This document shows, piece after piece, positions 51,196 to 64,000 of a DNA stretch of 64,000 nucleotides. The stretch covers positions 11,036,001 to 11,100,000 of the forward strand of contig NC_043017.1 in the NCBI RefSeq assembly GCF_006345805.1, read 5' to 3'. Positions within the stretch are counted from its first letter, which is position 1. Each line of letters starts with the position of its first letter. The position numbers were made by a program, and so were the translations under genes. This DNA comes from Octopus sinensis. Taxonomy: Eukaryota. The notes beneath the pieces are model-generated. The model did not search any database. It was not told the DNA's origin and was given only the letters and a program-made list of their open reading frames with translations.

Positions 51196-51485
51196 CATAT
51201 ATCTTTCATCTTTGACTGGTTTCACTCATTGGACAGCAGCCTTGCTATGGCCTTGAAAGGTTTTAGTCAAACAAATCATACCTGAGTGTTTTTGAAGTTT
51301 TTTTTCCTTCTGTAGTCAGGTACTCATTCTATCACTAACTTTTGCTGAACTGCTAAGTTATGGAGAGGCTAACAGACCAATGCTGGTTGTCGAGTGGTGG
51401 TGGGGGTGAACAAACACAATGGCACACACACACCCCTATCTGTCTATCTACCTATCTGTCTATCTACCTATCTACCTATATATAT

Positions 51486-51672
51486 ATCCGTTTGTCTGTC
51501 CTTGTTTGTCCCCTCTATGTTTAGCCCCTTGTGGGCAATAAAGAAATATATATATATATATATCATCATCTAAATGATGATGATGATGATGATGATATAT
51601 ATATATATATATTTCTTTATTGCCCACAAGGGGCTAAACATAGAGGGGACAAACAAGGACAGACAAACGGAT
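51486..51672. repeat. Perfect 85-bp inverted repeat with 17-bp spacer at a family C SINE tail
   Basis: 51486-51570 is the exact reverse complement of 51588-51672, including the 17-nt alternating TA tract. Confidence 0.95.
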
Positions 51673-51820
51673 TAAGTCGATTACATCGACCCCAGTGCGA
51701 AACTGGTACTTAATTTATCGACCCCGAAAGGATGAAAGGCAAAGTCGACCTCGGCAGAATTTGAACTCAGAACGTAGCGGCAGACGAAATACCGTTAAAC
51801 ATTTTGCCCGGCGTGCTAAC
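51612..51820 (-). mobile_element. Family C SINE
   Basis: Family match. Confidence 0.9.
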
Positions 51821-52247
51821 CAAATTCACCCACAAGGCATCGGTTGACCTGGTGCTGTAGTAGAAGACATTTACCCAAGATGCATCAGAGTGGGACTGAA
51901 CTCAAAACCACAAGGGCTGCACAGTGAACTTCTTAACCACACATCCACGCCATCATTTTACACCCACTTTCAGTGCTCTCTCTCTCTCTCTCTCTCTCTA
52001 AGCTGAGGTTTCAGTCTATTATTATTAAGAGTCTTTCCAATTCCAAACTCAGAGTAATGTTGGAGAATATCAACAGCTTCAAAGAAACGAAAACGAACTT
52101 TTTAATGAGTTGATAATTATTTTTCTCTTGTTTGAAAAATCAAAATGCGTGAGAGAGAAAGCAAGTGTGTGAGAGAAATTGAGTGAGTGAGAGAGAGATT
52201 GTGACCGAAAGAAGCCCATCTTGTGTTGTGTGTGTGCATGTGTGTAT

Positions 52248-52294
<47 letters not shown>

Positions 52295-52324
52295 AATAAA
52301 TAAATAAATAAATACAACTCCACC

Positions 52325-52372
<48 letters not shown>

Positions 52373-52539
52373 TTAGAGATAAACCCACTATTAGGCAAAT
52401 CAAACAGTGAAAAACATAAACCAATACATAGAAATAAAATTAATTAATAAAAAATATAAAATTCAAAATTAAATTATTTAAATTTAAAGTTAAAAAAATT
52501 ATTTAAATTAATAATTTATACTTGTAAATTTTTATATAT

Positions 52540-52930
52540 GTATATATATAATATTATATATATATATATATTTTATTATTTTTATTTTTTTAAATATAAC
52601 TATCAAAAGTATTAAAAGGTTAATATAAGATAAAATATTAATATAATATATATATAATTTATTATTTTTATTTTTTTAAATAAATATAATTATCAAAAAG
52701 TATTAAGTAATATAAGATTAAAATATTATATTATATATAATTATATTATATTTTATTATTTTTATTTTTTTAAATAAATATAATTATCAAAAAGTATTAA
52801 AAAGTTTAATATAAGATAAAATATTATTATTAATATATATATATATTTTATTTTATTTTTATTTTTTTAATAAATATATTATCAAAAAGTATTAAAAAGT
52901 TTAATATAAGATATCTTATATATTATTATA
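52540..52930. repeat. AT-rich ~85-95-bp tandem repeat x4
   Basis: Recurrent TATCAAAA(A)GTATTAA...TAATATAAGAT core. Confidence 0.85.
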
Positions 52931-52955
52931 TTATATATTATATATATATATATAT

Positions 52956-53000
<45 letters not shown>

Positions 53001-53440
53001 GTAGTTTGTCCACAGTGTAACACAGTGAGACTCTTGCAGTAAAATAATCTCAAACTCACAAACCGAAAGTCTAGAGTCTTGCCTACGTAGTTATTTATTA
53101 CACACGAACGATAAAATAATGTCACATGATGAATAAAAAAACGAAAAAAAGTAAAAAACAAAACAAAAAACAAAACAAAAACAACACATGGCATACAAAC
53201 TAGGAACCGAGATTAAAAATGATTACCTCAGATCTATTTTGCAAGCTCTCTAATATCGATGATAGCCCAACCAAAGTATTAAATCGCAGATTATGAATGA
53301 GGTGAGACCAATCAGAAAAAAAATGTATCAGGAAAATCTTTCTTTGGCAAATTTCCAGGGTGGCGGGGGGGGGGGGGGAAGAAGAAATGCTAAAATGCAA
53401 CCAATTAAATGGTCAGAAACAATTATGAGATATCTGGGTA

Positions 53441-53508
53441 TTAAGACCATGCCTCTGTTCATATAGCCTTAGTGTTAAGACCATGCCTCTATTCGTATAG
53501 CCTTAGTA
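53441..53508. repeat. 34-bp tandem duplication
   Basis: TTAAGACCATGCCTCTRTTCRTATAGCCTTAGT twice. Confidence 0.9.
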
Positions 53509-53639
53509 TAGCCATAGCTGTCAATCACTTGCAAGTGAGTATGGTTGGACAACAATGTACCATGTCTTCATAGAATGAAATGATTAGTTGGGGTCATTTG
53601 GTGCAGCTGACTGGACATTGAGCCTTTTTCAATTCTTTT

Positions 53640-53822
53640 ATTCTTTCACTTGTTTCGGTGGCCATGCTGGAGCACCGCTTTTTAGTCGAACAAATCGACC
53701 CCAGGACTTATTCTTTGTAAGCCTAGTACTTATTCTATCGGTCTCTTTTGCCGAACCGCTAAGTTACGGGGACGTAAACACACCACCATCGGCTGTCAAG
53801 TGATGGTGGGGGACAAACACAG

Positions 53823-53854
<32 letters not shown>

Positions 53855-53985
53855 GATGGATCCACTCACAAGGCTTTGGTCGGCCCGAGGCTATAGTAGA
53901 AGACACTTGCCCAAGGTGCCACATAGTGGGACTGAACCCAGGACCATGTGGTTGGTAAGCAAGCTACTTACCACACAGCCACTGA
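53640..53985 (-). mobile_element. Family A SINE with internal deletion
   Basis: Family match. Confidence 0.85.
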
Positions 53986-54879
53986 TAACTCTTTTTAGTG
54001 ACAGTGCGTTTTGGCGCAGGTGGTTCATAGAATCAACGACAGTCTCAGATGGGCTGATATCAAAAGACCGTCAAGCAGTGGGAGAAAGACACACACACAC
54101 ACACAGGGCTTCCACTCAGTTTCTGTCTACCAAATTTACAAAGCATAGGTCTGCCTGCACTTATAGAAGACACTCACCAAATATGCTGTGGTGTGGGATT
54201 GAACTCAAAACCATGTGGTTTCAAAGCAAGCTTCTTAACCACACAGCCATGCCTGTACCTTGAAACAGTTTCCACTTATTTTAATTTTCTCTTTTTATTC
54301 TTCATTTTGAGATTTCAAAATGTGATGATACTTAAACTATAATTAGAAAAGGTGACAAATCTTCATTTTGAAATCTGAATTCAAATCAATAACTCCAGCG
54401 TTTTTTGTTTTATTTATATTTCGTTTGATTATTTTATACAGAATTTTAATTCAGGTTCAAATTTCAGATTTTATCTTCTCATGATTTCTGTTTTCAAAAA
54501 TAACCAAACATAATCCACTCAAACACTAGAAAATACAAAAACACATCCTTCCACAAATACCTACTTTTAAAAGCAAAATAACATGAGAATTTTCTACCTA
54601 AATCTGTAACATCATTTTTTCTCAGACATCCACTTCATATCTGTATGTGTGAATTATATACATCATCATCATCATTTAACATTTGTTTTCCATGCTGGCA
54701 TGGGTTGGATGGTTTGACAGGAGCTGGCAAGGCCATGAGCTACACCAACCAAGTTCCATAGTCTGGTTTGACTTGGTTTCTACAGTAAGATGCCCTTCCT
54801 AATGCCAACCACTTTACAGGGTGGACTGCTTTTTAGGTGGCACCATCACCTGTGCCCAGAATTATTGAAAGCTTTTTGT

Positions 54880-55045
54880 AGAGTACACATTTACAGAAAA
54901 CAAAAGACGAAGACTGGCAAGGAAACAACAAGCAGGTGAATTAGTTTGGTGCTTGGGAAGAATGGAAAAGTCTTTGATGTTTTGAGCCTATGCTCTTTGT
55001 CAGAAAGGACTGAGAGGAAGAAAAGAAAAATGGAGAGAGACAAAA
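54880..55045 (-). mobile_element. Probable Penelope-like pseudo-LTR fragment with degenerate hammerhead-like motif
   Basis: Reverse strand CTGACAA-A-GAGC-ATAG-GCTC-AAAAC. Confidence 0.45.
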
Positions 55046-55549
55046 TATGTAGGGATTAATAGTTTGACATGATGAAATGACTGATTTATTATGCTTTTAC
55101 CAGAATGGGGACGTAAAAATTTGAGCCTCCTAGCAGGCCAAAACTTCTATGTCACCCTCACCCACTCTTCATGTAAAAGTATAATTTGAATTTCTATATA
55201 TTGTGAGCAGAGGCGAGCTACTGCCACCTCTAGCAGATGAGGGATCCAGTACTGAAGAGAAGAAGAAATAGCCGGAAACCAGGACTGATATGCTGGTCCC
55301 ATCACTAGAAAGTGGTAGGGGCTGGTTCCCCTCCTTGCAATATATTGGATACAGCTGTGCATCGTTAACCAGCTAGAGATGTCCTCTTGGGGTTAAAAAA
55401 ATCACAGTAAAATCCGTTTGAATGGAACAGCTATATTGAAGTGGCTATGAACTTTACTTGCCAGTATAACTACCAACATTAGCTCTTAGATTTTAGAACT
55501 AACTTTTTAGCTTATGTTTTATTTGTAAATTCTCACTATATATATATAT

Positions 55550-56300
55550 ATTCTTGTATTTGTTTCAGTCAGTTGACTGCAGCCATGCTGGAGCACCACC
55601 TTTAGTCGAACAAATCAATCTCAGAACTTATTCTTTGTAAGCCTTATACTTATTCTATCAATCTCTTTTGCCAAACCGCTAAATTACAGAGACACAAGCA
55701 CATCAACATCGGTTGTCAAGCGATGGTGGGGGGACACACACAAACACGTACGTATATATGTGTGTGTGTGTGTGTGTGCCGGCCCCGCCTCGACTGGCTT
55801 CTGTGCCGGTGGCACATACAAAGCACCATCCGAATGTGGCCGATGCCAGTGCCACCTCGACTGGCTTCTGTGCCGGTGGCACGTTAAAAGCACCAACCGA
55901 TCGTGGCCGATGCCAGACTCCCCTGGCACCTGTGCAGGTGGCACATAAAAAGCACCCACTACACTCATGGAGTGGTTGGCGTTAGGAAGGGCATCCAGCT
56001 GTAGAAACACTGCCAGATCAGACTGGAGCCTGGTGCAGCCCCTGGCTCCCAGACCCCGGTCGAACCGTCCAGCCCATGCTAGCGCGGAAAACGGGCATTA
56101 AACGATGATGATGATATATATATATATATATATATATGATGAGGAGGAGGAAGAGGAAATGGCGGGCTTCTTTCAGTTTCTGTCTACCAAATCCACTCAC
56201 ATAGCTTTGGCCAGCCTGAGGCTATAGTAGAAGACACTTGCCCAAGGTATCACATACTGGGACTGCACCCGGGACCATGTGGTTGGGAAGCAAGATTCTT
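55550..56300 (-). mobile_element. Family A SINE with a plus-strand family B element (55775-56115) in its central microsatellite
   Basis: SINE halves on either side of the insert. Confidence 0.88.
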
Positions 56301-57959
56301 ATATTGTGTTGATCTCTTAGAGAGATTTTAGAACAAGCATTTTTGCTTAAATATATTCAAATATGAATCAGAAGCAGTTACAAGCATTGTATACATTATC
56401 AAACAGATACACATAAACACACATGCACGTGTGTACATAAAGATATTCTTGAGTGTCTAAAAATGACAAAAATCCTAATGACTAACAATGTGCGACTTCA
56501 TCAAAATATCCTGTTAACATGTAAATAATTATCATATCTGACCTACTCACAAGTCATTAACTACACTTATTAACACAGCGTAGGATTTTTTTCTAATGCA
56601 ACAATAACACCAATAACAACAACACTAACATCTGATCTCATCAGAAACTTCGTAAATGATATAAAATTGGACTCCTAAATAGGAGTGTTTCCCATTGTAC
56701 TGACAACATGATATTTTGCAACCATGGGCCACAAATTATATTACTGATAATGACAAGATCAAAGCATGAGGCAGAGAGGGAGAAAGAATCAATGTGGTGT
56801 GGGAGTAGTTGCTCCTATTGGTTATAGGACCTGCTAGAAACAGCAATCAAATCTTCCTCAAATCGCGTTTGATAAATTTAAAAGCAATTCTAATTTTGGT
56901 ACAAGACTAGTAATTTTACGAGGAAGGGGTTAGTCAATTGCATCAACCCCACCCCACACAGACCAGTGCTCAACCAGTAGTTATTTTATTGAATCTCAAA
57001 ATTGTCCTTTGTGGAATATGAACTCAGAATTTGAAGCCATTTCGTCCGGTTAAAGAAAGACAAAAAATTTTAAAAAAAAACATAAGGAAATAGAAAGCAA
57101 ATCTAGTTGTCTCATTAGAAATAGCAACATATTCTCCTTCAAATTACAGCTGACTACCTTTATAAACAAGAAAAGTACATTATTTAATATTGTTCTAGGT
57201 TCGATGAAAAAAATGGAATTAGACTAGATGGTCATAGTTGGATCAATTTTATCAGAGATGATTGTGAATCAAAGATGAACCAGCAAAGTTTTCTTGGTTT
57301 TTGTCAAAGAGAACATCAGGATGTTATTTACTTGAAAATATGAAAAGAATAATTTGGTAGCTATGGAGATTTGCTTATTATCCTAACGAAACTACATAAG
57401 TGCTCAGAAAGATGACGAACCAAAGTAATTTTCAATGCTAATGAGTAATGATTATCTGTACAAGTTCAAATATTCTCTAAGCTGCTCTAAGTTGAAAAGA
57501 TTAACTTGGATTAAGATTAAAAACAATATTCACATGTTGTGAATAACTGTAAATCTGCAAAAAAAAATATGACGACAAATATTTAAGAGGGACATTAACT
57601 TTGTCATCACATCGGTGACAGAGGACCCATGAGGGCCATGGGAAGACAACTCTTTCATTCAGACGAAATCAGGGCAATAATAAATTGAAAAAAAAAGTTG
57701 CTGTTAGATTAAGAAGCTCACTTTGTAACATTGTGGTTTTGGGTTCAGTGCCACAGTGCAACACCTTGAGCAAGTGTTTTCTACTGTAGATAGCCCAAGG
57801 CCAACCAAATCTTCCACACAGAAACTGTGTGGCAGGTACTAGTGTCGATTTGTTTGACTAAAGCAGTTAAGGTGGTGCTCCAGTATGGCTGCAGTCCAAT
57901 GACTGAAACAGATAGAAGTATACGATAAAGGTGAACAAGTCATTTAATTGCATGTGAAT

Positions 57960-58545
57960 ATCATAAAATGAAACCTGAATCCATGGGCTGTTTGGTGTGG
58001 GTTGCTCAGACCCTGCATGGCAATTTTGCAAACGTGCTGCCCCTTAACTCTGCCTTTTTTTTTCACTACCATAGCAATGGCCTCATTTCTCAGAGCTAAC
58101 TGGTCCCTCGACCACTTAACCTTTTGAACCCGAGAGGATCACTTTAAGCAGGTATGATTTTGTTTGACCATACGTACCCCTGGAAAGCCCCAAAGTAGGC
58201 AGCCACATGGTATCATGCATCAGTGTGGGCTGCCTTGGTGCTGTTTGAGTTCTGTTGTTTGGCTCTATCTCTTCAGAATAAAGTACTTGATAAGATCAGA
58301 GTCTGGGCAGTATGGCATGGAGAAGAGGTTGTCGCCTATGCAGTGTGTCCACATTCTCCAAGTGGATCCTAAGGAACAGCATGGTCATTATTGTTTGGCA
58401 CCAGCACTGTTGCAGGAGATGCCAGAACCAGATTGTAGACAATGTTGAACTGTCTCAGGGGTTCCGATTCCCAATTTTTCCTCAAGGTTTACTCCTGCAG
58501 ACTTTCTCCACAGCTAGGTATGGCCACAAGACAGCAGAAGTTTGG
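57960..58545 (-). mobile_element. Possible non-LTR retrotransposon 5'UTR remnant
   Basis: GC-richer complex segment without a credible ORF; recalled resemblance to RTE-type leaders only. Confidence 0.3.
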
Positions 58546-58684
58546 AATCAGGGTTTTAATTCTCCTACACACACACACACACAGGGTCTCCACAGTTTCT
58601 GACAACCAAAGCCACTCATAAAGCTTTGGATGGCTAAGTGCTCTAGTAGGAGACACAGTAGGACTGAACTCAAAGCTGTTTGGT

Positions 58685-59080
58685 TACTCTTTTACTTGTT
58701 TCAGTCATTTTGACTGTGGCCATGCTGGAGCACCGCCTTTATTTGAGCAACTCAACCCCGGGACTTATTCTTTGTAAGCACAGTACTTATTCTATCAGTT
58801 TCGTTTGCTGAACCGCTAGGTGACGGGGACATAAACACACCAGCATCGGTTGTCAAGCAATGCTAGGGGGACAAACACAGACACACAAACATACACGCAC
58901 ACACATATATATACATATATATGACGGGCTTCTTTCAGTTTCCGTCTACCAAATCCACTCACAAGGCTTTGGTCAGCTCGGGGCTATAGCAGAAGACACT
59001 TGCCCAAGGTGCCACACAGTGGGACTGAACCCGGAACCATGTGGTTGGTAAGCAAGCTACTTACCACACAGCCACTCCTT
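58685..59080 (-). mobile_element. Family A SINE
   Basis: Family match. Confidence 0.9.
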
Positions 59081-59792
59081 GGGAAACAAACTTCTTAACT
59101 GTCTATAATATACATTCGTAGAATGAAGTATACCAAACTGAAAGTCAAAAGGGATGCAGGTTGACCAATGACAACTTCTAGATCAAATTCGTGTGTGTGT
59201 GAATGGATAGACAGATTAGATCCACACACACACTTCTTATTTTCTGTGATATAAGCAAAATACATTGCTTGGTAGATGCACAACATAAGAGTACACCTTT
59301 AATGCAAGTCTAACACAGTGCCACTAACGGTTATCACATCTTCAATAACCATTTACAATTGTTTCAATTTTTAATGTCAATTCACGCAGAAGTTCCACAG
59401 GACAAGTTACATATTTGCAGTTTTAAATTCTTTGTCTTCTTATTTTGATTATATTTTTCTAAACTTCCCTAAACTTACACATTGGTTTCACTAACGTGAC
59501 ACCTGGATTTTCTATACCTGAAGGATTTCCAAGTTTTTTGAGACGCCAAGTCAAATATGTAGATAACTTTAAGCTCAGGTTGAGTACTGCATTGGAAATA
59601 GCCCAGCTTTCTATCCTTCCAGGACCTTAATATATAGGGAGTTGTTCTCCATGGTCAGTTAATAGGTAAGGACTTTGCCCGTGGCTAAGAGTTGTTTTGA
59701 TTTATTTCTAGCAATGCTGATTTTCACCTGTAGTCACTGTAGTGACGATTGTACTTGTGCCTTTTGGTTTTTAAATTGTGAATAGCCATCTT

Positions 59793-59827
<35 letters not shown>

Positions 59828-59831
<4 letters not shown>

Positions 59832-60186
59832 CCAAATCAAAATCGATCAACATCAAGGGAAATTGCAGCTGTGATACCAGAGCCGGTGGTACGTAAGAGA
59901 ACCATCCGAACGTGGCCATTGCCAGCGCCGCCCCGACTGGCCTTGTGCCGGTGGCACGTAAAAAGCACCATCCGATCATGGCCGTTTGCCAGCCTTGTCT
60001 GGCACCTGTGTCGGTGGCACGCAAAAAGCACCCATGACACTCACGGAGTGGTTGGCGTTAGGAAGGGCATCCAGCCGTAGAAACATTGCCAGATCAGACT
60101 GGGCCTGGTGCAGCCTTCTGGCTTCCCAGACCCCAGTTGAACTGTCCAACCCATGCTAGCATGTAAAGCGGACGCTAAACGATGAT
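59828..60186 (+). mobile_element. Family B element in (TA)n
   Basis: Three hairpin units, GGAAGGGCATCC, tail merging into (TA)n; (TA)n also at 5' side. Confidence 0.9.
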
Positions 60187-60552
60187 ATATATATATATAT
60201 ATATATTATATATACTTATACATATATACATATACACATACACACACACGTGTGTGTGCATCTTGCTCATAATTTCATATTTTTCTAAACTTCTTAGCTG
60301 AATGCATGCACACGTGTGTGTGTGTGTGTGTATGTAAATATATAACTGTATAATTAAGTACTGGTAGACTAAAGGATTAGCTGGTTATGATGAGAACTGG
60401 ATTACACACTGCCGCCCTATGTTTTAAGCTATTGATTTAGCACAATGTACGTTAAGAGCAAAGAAGACACATCCAGCCACTCATACACAGAGGAAGGCAA
60501 GCTACCACCACCAAACTGGACATAATTAAGCCCATACACGGACCAGATGTAG

Positions 60553-60780
60553 GAGCTATTCCAAGAGCAGCTGTTGCTGCAACAGACACAACTCAGGGTG
60601 AAACTCTCTAAGATAATGAATAGGGAGTTGGCACAGAAATATTTTCAGGATTTACGGAAATACTACCACCACTCCCAACTGCATTCTGCTGTGACTGATA
60701 TGGTTCTTTTAACAAGGGACCTAGTGGAACGAGTATCAATGTTAGCATCAGACACGGTAGTTGACCTACAGACATTCATG
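60553..60780 (+). other. Candidate 228-nt exon or decayed coding fragment (ELFQEQLLLQQTQLRVKLSKIMNRELAQKYFQDLRKYY...DLQTFM)
   Basis: Open, helical-looking frame ending at ATG|GTAAGT; the upstream AG has no pyrimidine tract. Confidence 0.3.
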
Positions 60781-60923
60781 GTAAGTGGTTGCTGTATGAA
60801 ATCTCTTTCACCCTGTTATATAAATACGGTGTATGGGTTTAGGGGTTCAAAGATGATGAGGTTTAAGTACAACAGGATCTGATAAGTCAGATGACCGAAT
60901 TAAGTTTCAATATCTGTTTTGGC

Positions 60924-60958
<35 letters not shown>

Positions 60959-61431
60959 TTAATGACTTGTAGGTATATCTTTTATCTTCTACTTGCTTTG
61001 GTAATTAGACTTCAGCCATGCTGGGGCACCACCCTGAAAACTATCTTATTTGAATGGATGCACCCCAGTATTTTTTTTTATTTTTATTTTTATTTTATCT
61101 AGTTTCAGCTCACGAGCTGTGGCCATGCTGGGGCACCACCATTTATTTATTTTATTTTTTAAACTTGGTACTTATTCTATCAGTCCCTTTTTACTGAATC
61201 ACTAACCTACTGGGATGTAAACAAACCAACACCAGTTGTCAAGTAGTGGTGGGAACAATATATATATTTTTTGTTGTCTGGGGAGAGTCATTTTGTTTTA
61301 ATGCCTTAACACACCCACTGGTTCAATTTCCACTCATTATTTTTCTTTCCTAAAATTTTCATTGCTTCTTGCAACCTCTTCAATAGTTGTTGCCCCCACC
61401 TCTCCCATATATATATATATATGCGTGTGTG

Positions 61432-61462
<31 letters not shown>

Positions 61463-61563
61463 CTGTTTGGATGAACAAATAAGAGAAATAGAATACATGC
61501 CATACCTATTTTTTATTCAGCAGAAAGTGACAAAAGTAAAAATAAGGACCAAGAACAACTTCA

Positions 61564-61770
61564 CCCTTTAGCACGGAGATTACTCAGTCAAATGTAATCC
61601 ACATGGTTTTGAATTAATCATATATTATCTCATAGCTGCAAGAGTTTAATGATGTGAATATTTTTAGAATGACATTGTAGGGTAGGTGTGAGAGATTGGA
61701 TCTGGTTTGTTTGGACATAAAACAGATGAGAAATATTAGGCCCGATATGACCAGATTAAATGCTAAAGAG
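61564..61770. mobile_element. piggyBac-like MITE, same family as 20415-20625, inverted
   Basis: CCCTTTAGCA ... TGCTAAAGAG|TTAA; internal GACATTGTAGGGTAGGTGTGAGAG. Confidence 0.75.
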
Positions 61771-61854
61771 TTAAACTGGCCACCCCTTTTACGCCTTTAA
61801 AATTTGTGGTACTGCATTGCGTTCTAGGTTTCATCTTTTCTATTTTTAGCATTC

Positions 61855-62073
61855 TCTTTCTCTCTTTTACTTGTTTCAGTCATTTGACTGCAGCCATGCT
61901 GGAGCACCGCCTTTAATCGAGCAACTCGACCCCGGGACTTATTCTTTGTAAGCCTGGTACTGATTCTATCAGTCTCTTTTTGCCGAACCGCTAAGTGACA
62001 GGGACATAAACACACCAGTATCGGTTGTCAAGCGATGTTGGAGGAGACAAACACAGACACACAAACATACACG

Positions 62074-62111
<38 letters not shown>

Positions 62112-62266
62112 TACGACGGGGTTCTTTCAGTTTCTGTCTACCAAATCCACTCACAAGGCTTTGGTCGGCCCGAGGCTACAGTAGAAGACACTTGCCCAAG
62201 GTGCCACGCAGTGGGACTGAACCTGGAACCATGTGGTTGGTAAACATGCTACTTACAACACAGCCG
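61855..62266 (-). mobile_element. Family A SINE
   Basis: Family match. Confidence 0.9.
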
Positions 62267-63613
62267 TAATCTTTTTTTTTACTCAGAGGGAAGGTATTGC
62301 TTGATTACATCAAACTTAGTGCTCAGCAGGTAATTATTTTATAAATCCTTAGAAGATGAAAGGCAAAGTCAGCCTCGGAGGAATTTGACCTCGAAACATA
62401 AAACCAGGAAGAAATTCTGTTAAGCATTTTGTCTGGTGCAGAAAGAATTCTACCTGGGTTGTGATATAGGTGCAAGGCCACACATTGTGTGTGGAAAAAG
62501 AACTGTCAATGCATTCCCTCCTTGTACTTGACAGCCACCTCTCTAATGTTAGCATCATGAGAAAAACACCCAGTACACTCTGAGAAGGGCGAGTTTGTGA
62601 GAACCTGTTAGTCTTGTCAAGAATGTGACACATCTTTAGTACTGGTGGCATAAATAAAGGCACTCAGAAGACTCAATAAAGTGGTTGGTGTTAGGAAGGG
62701 TATTCAGCCTTATAGAAACCAAGCCAAAATGAGGTAGCTCCCACCTCTCTAGGCAAGCAGTACTACTTGAATAGTAAGTAGTACTGGCCCCAAGCGTGTT
62801 GACTTGCCCAACCCATGCTAGCATGGAAAGCTGACGCCAGATGATGAGCAGATATGGATGAAAGATAAAGTAGGTTATGACAGGATCTGAACTCAAAACT
62901 TTTTCAAAAAAAAAAAAAAAAAAATCTGTTTTGGTGGGTATCAGATACGTCTATGAAATACAGGGAATACGATTTTCATAGTAATATTTTTTTTTTCAAA
63001 ATATCTTCCCATTTTCACTTTATGATCATAAACCGAAAGGTTTATTTTTACTAAACAGTCTTCTCAATAAATCCATTCATTTTTCTAAGAAATGTCTTTT
63101 ACTTTTAAATATGAAAACAAACTCCTTTAGTCTGTAGTATTTCGTCCTGTAATCTATCTTGCTTCAGTACTAAAATAATACATATTAGTTATTACGAGCC
63201 TCTAGCGTGACCACTCCATCGAGTGAGTCAATAAAAACATGAGGTTGTTGGTGACAATGACAGGCGATGGAAGAGTGATGATAAAAGATATCATACCTCA
63301 ACGCAAGACTACATACATTTATAACAGTAGTAGTAGTAAATTAAACTATCCGAGTGTATCAGATGTTGGTAAAAGTGAGAGCAATTTAAATAGCAAACGA
63401 AAGATATAAAATAACTTTGGTAAATTTGTCGAAACGACACTAAATCTCAACAAAAAAATCTAAAGTATGGTGTTTTTTTTTATTTATAAAATATATTATA
63501 AAACTGTAATTAAATCAGCTTAATTAGTGTTAATAATGACAGGCTCCCTTATGAAAACATAAGGCTTGCTGGTAATTTTTTCTGTCTAGAAAGGTATTTT
63601 CGATCCTCTCGGC

Positions 63614-63830
63614 CAGAGCTTATCAACCTTTTTTTGCGTATGGGGACTCCCTTTGATTCCTGTTTTACAGAGAGGGACCCTCATAGCCATTTGGTGTTTT
63701 AAAAGAAATCATGTTCCTACGTTCGAGATTCCCTCTTTTTCCTTAATATACAGACTCCCTAATAGGCTCATAAAGTATTATTTACACTACATGTGTGGCA
63801 CCCCTGAAGGTCTACAACAATTCTAAGACG
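63614..63830. mobile_element. Degenerate hAT-like MITE
   Basis: Begins CAGAGCTTATCAACCTTTTT, similar to hAT-Charlie-type ends; right end eroded. Confidence 0.4.
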
Positions 63831-64000
63831 TGCTGCTGTTTTATATCTGTAACATATACCATTAAACGTTAATTAACTCGGTTTAATTAACCTTAATAAT
63901 CACATGTCTGATGATTTATTTGTAAATTGGGTGAATGTAGCAGGTCTTTTGTAAGTGGTTCCTTAAACAGCAGCAGACCTTAGAATTGTTGTAAGCATTC

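Noticed and set aside
55775-55960. Palindromic repeat with ~35-bp intervening sequences resembling a CRISPR array
   Set aside because: Intervening sequences are homologous to each other and recur in every family B copy
63100-63450. Possible promoter or first exon of the minus-strand gene (GAG|GTATGA near 63297)
   Set aside because: Only a donor-like hexamer and slightly more CpG; insufficient evidence

Overview
Eukaryotic, AT-rich, repeat-saturated DNA, almost certainly from a cephalopod (Octopus-like, inferred from the SINE families and microsatellite load), and mostly intronic or intergenic. Nearly all ORFs in the supplied track are artefacts of (CA)n/(TA)n repeats or of SINE sequence. The window contains dozens of tRNA-derived SINEs (a CORE-like family with a central microsatellite, a Meta-domain-like family and others), 3' fragments of at least four RTE-clade LINE lineages, and CR1/L2-like tails. 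DNA elements include a full-length decayed mariner, an internally deleted mariner, a pogo/Tigger-like remnant, six non-autonomous Helitrons, piggyBac-like TTAA MITEs and a 6-bp-TSD MITE carrying telomeric repeats. One well-supported 138-nt minus-strand exon (1991-2128) and a few weak exon candidates suggest a host gene that I cannot identify. I found no convincing new protein-coding system and no CRISPR. The most unusual signals are three local copying events at mobile-element 3' ends: a perfect 58-bp fold-back at a Helitron end, a perfect 85-bp fold-back at a SINE tail, and an 82-bp insertion with a 14-bp TSD that matches DNA 7.4 kb away and ends in an RTE 3' stem-loop. Coordinates were counted by eye; boundaries of degenerate repeats are approximate.
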